Of a DNA stretch of 41,444 nucleotides, positions 36,546 through 41,444 are shown piece by piece. The translations under genes and the position numbers were made by a program. The stretch lies in the NCBI GenBank assembly GCA_016186765.1, contig JACPLD010000005.1, positions 79,785 through 121,228 of the forward strand, given 5' to 3'. The notes beneath the pieces are model-generated. The model did not search any database. It saw only the letters and a list, made by a program, of their open reading frames with translations, and was not told the DNA's origin. The first letter of the stretch is position 1, and the number at the start of each line of letters is the position of its first letter. Source of the DNA: Candidatus Kaiserbacteria bacterium (lineage in GTDB: Bacteria; Patescibacteriota; Minisyncoccia; Phycocordibacterales; UBA2100).

Positions 36546-36890
36546 TCAGCGCGTCGGGAAGAGTTCCCTCCCCTGCGACGTACTCGTGGGACGGTACGAG
36601 GTCGGCGCAAACGGATTTGGCCGCCCGACCGGCTCAGGGATGATCTGCGTCCCGAAATCTTGCAGCAGCTGGAAGGCCGGATCGGAGAATACCGTTCCGG
36701 AAAGGGAGACGGCGCGCAGCTGTAGGAGCGTGCCGACGAGCTCTTTGTCGACACTGCCGCCTCCCGCGGCTTCCGTCGTCAGGAGCTCACCTTCTTGCGG
36801 CGCATCGGAGAGAAACCACCATGCGCCTATTGCCACAAGGACCGAAGCGCCAACCAAGAGATACCATTTATATTGTGAGAAAAGCTGCAT
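36546..36890 (-). CDS. Small membrane-anchored pilus accessory protein (PilP position)
   Basis: N-terminal TM, GRPNPFAP motif, downstream of pilO. Confidence 0.65.
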   Translation of the reverse strand: MQLFSQYKWYLLVGASVLVAIGAWWFLSDAPQEGELLTTEAAGGGSVDKELVGTLLQLRAVSLSGTVFSDPAFQLLQDFGTQIIPEPVGRPNPFAPTSYRPTSTSQGRELFPTR

Positions 36891-36894
36891 ACTA

Positions 36895-37464
36895 CTACTT
36901 TAGCCAGTACGTCCTAATGGTGATGTCGTAGCGATATCGGGGCTCCTGCCCCGAGCTATTGTCGCTTCCCCCTTGCAGGCTCAAGCTGACGGGGTCGACG
37001 ATGCGGAGGCTTTGCCCAAGCTCTTCGATGAATCCCCTGAAATTTGCATAGGTGCCATGCGTTGTGAACTTGAGCGTGAGCGAATTGAACTTCTGCCTCC
37101 CGCCTCCGATTGCACCGATCGCTCCTTTTTCCGAGTTCGCCGTTGGGTTCGAGAGCGTGACGTTCTGTAGTGCCATGCCATGCCTGCCTGCGAGGCTGTC
37201 GAGATCGAGGACAAGCCGCACGTTGTCGACATGATCCGGAAGCAGCTTGTGGAGCCGGTCGATGTCGATGGGGTTGAACGCGTTGTAGCGCGAGAGAAGC
37301 GACTGCTTGAGAGCCTGCAGCTCGGCCGCTTTCTTGAGTGCCTGGTCGTATTCCCCAATCTCTGTTTCGAGCGCGAGAACTCTTTCATACGTCGGCTGCG
37401 TATAGAAGAAGAGCACGCTCCCCGCTATCGCTAGTGCCGCTATCGAAAGGACGATCCTTATCAT
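36895..37464 (-). CDS. pilO: PilO-like alignment protein
   Basis: TM, coiled coil, LLPDHVD...GTYANFRGFIEELGQSLRIVD...TYWLK. Confidence 0.8.
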   Translation of the reverse strand: MIRIVLSIAALAIAGSVLFFYTQPTYERVLALETEIGEYDQALKKAAELQALKQSLLSRYNAFNPIDIDRLHKLLPDHVDNVRLVLDLDSLAGRHGMALQNVTLSNPTANSEKGAIGAIGGGRQKFNSLTLKFTTHGTYANFRGFIEELGQSLRIVDPVSLSLQGGSDNSSGQEPRYRYDITIRTYWLK

Positions 37465-38159
37465 AGGTTATTCTCCTCCTCTCCGAGGGATGCCCCTCCT
37501 TCGGGAATCGGAGAGATAGAAGGCGCACCGAAAGGAAATGTTTGTTGGGGCGCCGCGGGAGCGGGGGGAACGACGAGGAGCTGCGCGAAATTTATCGCAA
37601 GAGGATCCACACTCGCAGAAAGGCTGAAGTGCACGCCGTCAATCTCGCGGTTGATGTTCGAAAAAACGGGGCTTGTGAACATGCCATCTTCGGAGAAAAG
37701 GTCGGCCTGTAGCGCGATGCCATTCACGCTTCCCGCGACGCCGTCCATCTGTACCGCCATGTTCTCAGCATCCGCTACCTCAAAGTCGAGCGAGGTGAAG
37801 CCGACAGAGCCTATCGTGTTTCGTTCGAGCATTTCAAAGATCGCCGACGGCGCGATGTGCTTTTGGAGTATCTCGCTCGCCGCCTGCATGCGGTCGTCGA
37901 GGCGCGTCAGCTCCGCAATGAGCGATGGCTCGAATGCCGCCTTCGCACGCTCGAGCTGCTCGATCTTCGAGGCGGCGCTTGCCGCAAGATACTCGCGGTA
38001 GAGAAAGATGCCGATCGCAAGCGCGACCGATGCGACTAAAAGCACGATGGCGATGAGTGCGAAGAGATCAGCAAGACCCTTGCCGCTGCGGCGCACTGGG
38101 CCGGCAGCGACAGGCGCCTCGTGGGGAATGAAACTCTGCGGTACGCTCGATGTGGGCAT
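37461..38159 (-). CDS. pilN: PilN-like alignment protein
   Basis: TM, coiled coil, ferredoxin-like C-terminus; located between pilM and pilO. Confidence 0.7.
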   Translation of the reverse strand: MPTSSVPQSFIPHEAPVAAGPVRRSGKGLADLFALIAIVLLVASVALAIGIFLYREYLAASAASKIEQLERAKAAFEPSLIAELTRLDDRMQAASEILQKHIAPSAIFEMLERNTIGSVGFTSLDFEVADAENMAVQMDGVAGSVNGIALQADLFSEDGMFTSPVFSNINREIDGVHFSLSASVDPLAINFAQLLVVPPAPAAPQQTFPFGAPSISPIPEGGASLGEEENNL

Positions 38160-38166
38160 ACATTGC

Positions 38167-39315
38167 TTAGGTACTCTTCAATTTACGAAGTATGAGGCCT
38201 GCCGAAACTGAAAATCCCGGACCTATCTCTCGCAGCACGTCCGCAAGAAATGCCGGTGCCTCCGTCCGGGCAAAAGGGTCCGCGATGACAACGTCGGCGC
38301 TCAAGGATGACTTCGCCTCCCCTGAAAGGCCGGGGAGCGATGCACCGCCGCCAGTCAAAACGACGCGCGACACATTCTTGTTGTATCGCTGCCCGTAGCT
38401 CAATAGTACCCGATTCACCTCCGAAAAGAGACGCGAGAGTGTTGATAACAGCGCAGATTTGATGCGGTCGTTCTCGTCGGCCGAATAGGCGGGAGAATCC
38501 TCCAAGCCGCGCTCGCGCTTCACGCGCTCCGCTTTCTCAAAGTCCCAGTTGAGCGAGCGCGCTAAGGTCTCCGACATCTGCTGTCCTCCCATTGAGACGA
38601 GATGCGTGAGCCGCACGATGCCGCGCTCAACGATGTACATTTTGGTCGTCGAAGCGCCGATGTCAACGACTAAGACTGGCGCGATGCCACGCGAAAGTGA
38701 GGAGCGTATTGCACCGAAGATCTCGATCTCGTAAAACTCCACATGAATGCCCGCCGTCGAGGCGACCGTCTGGAAACTATTCACGACGTCGTTGTGAATA
38801 GCAACGAGGAGCACCTCTACACCCCTAGGCTTTTGCGCCGGGGCCTGCACACGGTCGAAGGCGCTCTTCTCTTCCTCGTCTTCCGGAATAACGAACCAGT
38901 CGAGCGTCACCTCCGAGACGGGAACTGGAATGTATTTGCGCGCTTCGATCGGGACCATGCGCTTCAAGGTTCCCTCGTCTACCTTCGGGAACTCGAGCAC
39001 GGAGATGAGGCTTGAGGAAAATGGGATAGAAAGGCCGGCCGAACGAGCCGTTACGTTCGCCTCCTTCATCAAATCCATAAGTGCTTCAGCTGTCTTTTCA
39101 GGCGTAAGCTTCACCGCCTTGCCGACCGGTTGTCCGCCGTAGGGGCCGAGCGCGATTTCGCCGTAGGTTTCGAGGATCGCCGCACCATGCGAGGCACGCA
39201 TCTGCACGACTTTCACCGAGCTCGTGCCGATGTCGATGCCTAAGAAACTTCCTTCTGCGCCGCCGCCGAATGCGGAAGAAATTTTTTCCGTGATACTGCC
39301 TAGCGAGAACGCCAT
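38167..39315 (-). CDS. pilM: Type IV pilus assembly protein PilM
   Basis: GIDIGTSSVK, VDIGASTT, VLTGGGASLPG actin-like motifs. Confidence 0.93.
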   Translation of the reverse strand: MAFSLGSITEKISSAFGGGAEGSFLGIDIGTSSVKVVQMRASHGAAILETYGEIALGPYGGQPVGKAVKLTPEKTAEALMDLMKEANVTARSAGLSIPFSSSLISVLEFPKVDEGTLKRMVPIEARKYIPVPVSEVTLDWFVIPEDEEEKSAFDRVQAPAQKPRGVEVLLVAIHNDVVNSFQTVASTAGIHVEFYEIEIFGAIRSSLSRGIAPVLVVDIGASTTKMYIVERGIVRLTHLVSMGGQQMSETLARSLNWDFEKAERVKRERGLEDSPAYSADENDRIKSALLSTLSRLFSEVNRVLLSYGQRYNKNVSRVVLTGGGASLPGLSGEAKSSLSADVVIADPFARTEAPAFLADVLREIGPGFSVSAGLILRKLKST

Positions 39316-39522
39316 CGCGGGTAATTATAGCCTAACGAAGCGAGAGAAGTGTGAGCTTGTTCACACTTCCGAGCGAGTGACGGCTAAACGAGCGAAGCGA
39401 CTATATCACCCCTCTTTCACGCTATTTGGTCAATCTTCGCCACTTGGCGGGTATTGCCGTGCCGTAGCCGCCGCATCGCCAGAAATCTCATCCATCACTA
39501 CATCAAAAACTATATCAAAAAT

Positions 39523-39548
39523 TCGGCTCCGCCGGAGGGCGGAGCCGA
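39523..39548 (-). terminator. Intrinsic terminator of the 40040 gene
   Basis: TCGGCTCCGCC-GGAG-GGCGGAGCCGA followed by ATTTTTG on the minus strand. Confidence 0.7.
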
Positions 39549-39590
39549 GGACAAAGGAATCAAGGACAAGTGCCAAGATTCCAGTGCCAA
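39549..39590. repeat. Degenerate heptamer array between stop codon and terminator
   Basis: Minus strand ttggcac tggaatc ttggcac ttgtcct tgattcc tttgtcc. Confidence 0.45.
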
Positions 39591-39593
39591 GTT

Positions 39594-40040
39594 CTACTTG
39601 CCGAAGCGGAGCGCAGGACTGCGCGCGTCCCAGCCGTAGCCGAGCCAGATCCAGCACAACACCACCTCGCCGCCGCGCTCGATGAGGTAAGGGACGCTGA
39701 GGCCGCCGTAGTTGCGGCTCAGCACGACGGACTTCCAACCGAACACCGCTTTGCCCTTGAAGTGCTTGCGGAAGACTTCGATGCCGAGCTTCTGGATTGC
39801 AAGCAGGTCGCGCAAGTCGTGGTGGTTCTTGAGATCGTCGGCACTCTTGAGGTACTCGTAGATCTCCTTGCCACCCGCGACACCGGTCTTCTGCTTCTCG
39901 TGGAGCCACTGCTCCACGTCGCCGAGGTTGTACTCGGCAGGACCCGTCGCTTCCAGTTCGGGGTGCATCGGCTTTTCCACCCAGTCAGGATAGAAGATTG
40001 GAATCGAGCGGTCGATGCGGATGATCTTGCCATGAGCCAT
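39594..40040 (-). CDS. Hypothetical protein (start MAHGK)
   Basis: GAGGAG SD-like motif upstream; protein-like composition ending VPYL...W.WL...W....PALRF. Confidence 0.75.
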   Translation of the reverse strand: MAHGKIIRIDRSIPIFYPDWVEKPMHPELEATGPAEYNLGDVEQWLHEKQKTGVAGGKEIYEYLKSADDLKNHHDLRDLLAIQKLGIEVFRKHFKGKAVFGWKSVVLSRNYGGLSVPYLIERGGEVVLCWIWLGYGWDARSPALRFGK

Positions 40041-40093
40041 GGCGTCATCTCCTCTCGGGTTGGTTGATGGTGATGCCGTGGTAAGTTCAAGGT

Positions 40094-40152
40094 TTGCCAC
40101 AGCGGGAAAATACCAAGGTCCGACCTTGGTAGAAATCTTTCCGCCATGGCAA
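40094..40152. promoter_or_regulatory. Long hairpin / 21-bp palindrome upstream of the 40040 gene
   Basis: TACCAAGGTC-C-GACCTTGGTA nested in a 12-bp outer stem. Confidence 0.55.
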
Positions 40153-40197
40153 AATTGCACTTTCTCTCAAAGAACAGGGGGGCAAATTAAACTACCT

Positions 40198-40524
40198 TTA
40201 TGTGATTTTGTCAATCTTAGCTGCTAGGATGAAATCATTCTCCGACAGCCCCTTAATCGCATGCGTGGAGAGTTCCACCCCCACTCGTCCCCATCTAATC
40301 GAGAGGTCCGGGTGATGCCCCTCCTCTTCCGCAACCGCCGTGATCTTGTTCCCGAATGCCATCGCCTCAAGAAAGTTCTCAAAGGTGAACTCCTTCGAGA
40401 GGTGCTTCGCATCGGCCGCAAGATGCCAGCCCTTGAGCTGTTGCATGAGCTTTTCCGCTTCCTCTTTGGTGAGCGCTCCCGTGCCCGCTTCACACGGGAC
40501 ACACTTCTTCTTCGTGAGATCCAT
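40198..40524 (-). CDS. phhB: Pterin-4-alpha-carbinolamine dehydratase
   Basis: CVPC, AEEEGHHPDL, THAIKGLSENDFILAAKID. Confidence 0.93.
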   Translation of the reverse strand: MDLTKKKCVPCEAGTGALTKEEAEKLMQQLKGWHLAADAKHLSKEFTFENFLEAMAFGNKITAVAEEEGHHPDLSIRWGRVGVELSTHAIKGLSENDFILAAKIDKIT

Positions 40525-40538
40525 GGGAAAATCCTAGC

Positions 40539-41192
40539 ATGGCTCTCTGGAAAGAGATCATGAATTCCGCTTTGGATGCCATTTTGCCAAGGCGGCAGCG
40601 GCGTGTGAGAACGGAAGCGAGGCAGTTGCATGATATTCCGCTCCTCCCTGTTCCGCACGATATATTGGGCGTGCGGATTACGACATTGATGGAGTATCAG
40701 AATCCAGCAGTCGAAGATTTGATCCGCTCTCTCAAGTACGATGGCTCCTCACACGCCGCAAAGCTCGCGGCCGCCGTGCTCGCAGATTACCTGCAAGAAG
40801 AACTCGCCTCGCAGCACCTCTTTTCTGCACAAAAAACGCTGATCGTCCCCGTTCCGCTACACAAAAGCCGTGCGCGTGAACGCGGTTGGAATCAAATCGA
40901 GCTCGTTTTGCAGGAACTGCCCATTGAGTACCGCAACGGCACGCTTGCAGAGCTCGCGCCTCACGCGCTTACGCGAACACGCGCAACAAAACCGCAGACA
41001 AGGCTTCCGCGTTCTGAGCGACTTTCAAATGTTGCCGGCGCTTTCGCACTCAACGACGAGTCACTGGTCCACAGCGCGCACGTGTTTCTCATCGACGACG
41101 TAACGACAACCGGTGCAACACTTGCGAACGCCGCCACCCCGCTTCGTCGTGCCGGCGCAAACGTCACGCTTCTCGCTCTCGCGCGAGCATAG
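40539..41192 (+). CDS. comF: ComF-family PRTase-like competence protein
   Basis: LIRSLKY, VPVPLHKSRARERGWNQ, Q..L.R.ER..N, LIDDVTTTGATL. Confidence 0.88.
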   Translation: MALWKEIMNSALDAILPRRQRRVRTEARQLHDIPLLPVPHDILGVRITTLMEYQNPAVEDLIRSLKYDGSSHAAKLAAAVLADYLQEELASQHLFSAQKTLIVPVPLHKSRARERGWNQIELVLQELPIEYRNGTLAELAPHALTRTRATKPQTRLPRSERLSNVAGAFALNDESLVHSAHVFLIDDVTTTGATLANAATPLRRAGANVTLLALARA

Positions 41193-41231
41193 AGCGACAG
41201 ACGAAGGTCAATGTGGTATTTTTAGCTCGCC

Positions 41232-41320
41232 GGAGAGGTGGCTGAGTGGACGAAAGCGGCACGGTGCTAACGTGTTAGGCGGGTAAAACTGTCTCGAGGG
41301 TTCGAATCCCTCCCTCTCCG
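41232..41320 (+). tRNA. tRNA-Ser(GCT)
   Basis: GGAGAGG/CCTCTCC-G; GCT anticodon; long variable arm; TTCGAAT. Confidence 0.93.
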
Positions 41321-41322
41321 CA

Positions 41323-41399
41323 TATGCAAAGCGGCTGGCTTTTGCCAGGCCGTTTTGCATACTGATGGAGCAAGCGAGAGCTTGCGAAGGGATTCGAAC
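41323..41399 (+). other. Structured 3' trailer of tRNA-Ser
   Basis: Hairpin 41323-41361, hairpin GCAAGC-GAGA-GCTTGC 41370-41385, antisense T-arm AGGGATTCGAAC 41388-41399. Confidence 0.6.
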
Positions 41400-41444
41400 A
41401 GCGGAGCGATGCCGAGCGAGCACGCGAGGCCGCGAGCTGGTGCC

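Noticed and set aside
39430-40147. Overlapping long ORFs 39430-39909, 39719-40147 and 39570-40067
   Set aside because: Arg/Ser/Pro-rich shadow frames of a GC-rich gene; only 39594-40040 has an SD and protein-like composition

Overview
Gene-dense chromosomal window, almost entirely minus-strand, read with the standard code (TGA is a stop). Gene content and style suggest a Parcubacteria/CPR (Patescibacteria) genome; this is inference, not a database result. Order: (1) 0.2-10.3 kb envelope-regulation block: two peptidoglycan-binding surface proteins, ECF sigma with a membrane anti-sigma-like partner, OmpR-type regulator with a short-loop kinase, MacAB-like ABC exporter; (2) AT-richer patch around tRNA-Gln with a LAGLIDADG-like ORF; (3) capA-like, guaB, pyrG, ftsEX, shortened prfB; (4) ribE-ribH-ribBA under an FMN riboswitch; (5) tRNA cluster (Thr x2, Asp, Met, fMet); (6) gatA, gatC, ligA; (7) type IV pilus cluster; (8) hypothetical gene, phhB, comF, tRNA-Ser. 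No rRNA, CRISPR array or transposase seen. The most unusual signals are non-coding or micro-ORF level. Period-7 tandem arrays, usually as inverted pairs, sit at operon junctions and inside translated leaders or bridging mini-ORFs. Two tRNA trailers carry a 12-nt antisense copy of their own T-arm. The FMN riboswitch has a ~62-nt hairpin insertion in J6/1 and a readable terminator/antiterminator. A 21-bp inverted repeat covers the promoter of a frameshift-less RF2. All coordinates and structures were read by eye; no folding or database search was run.
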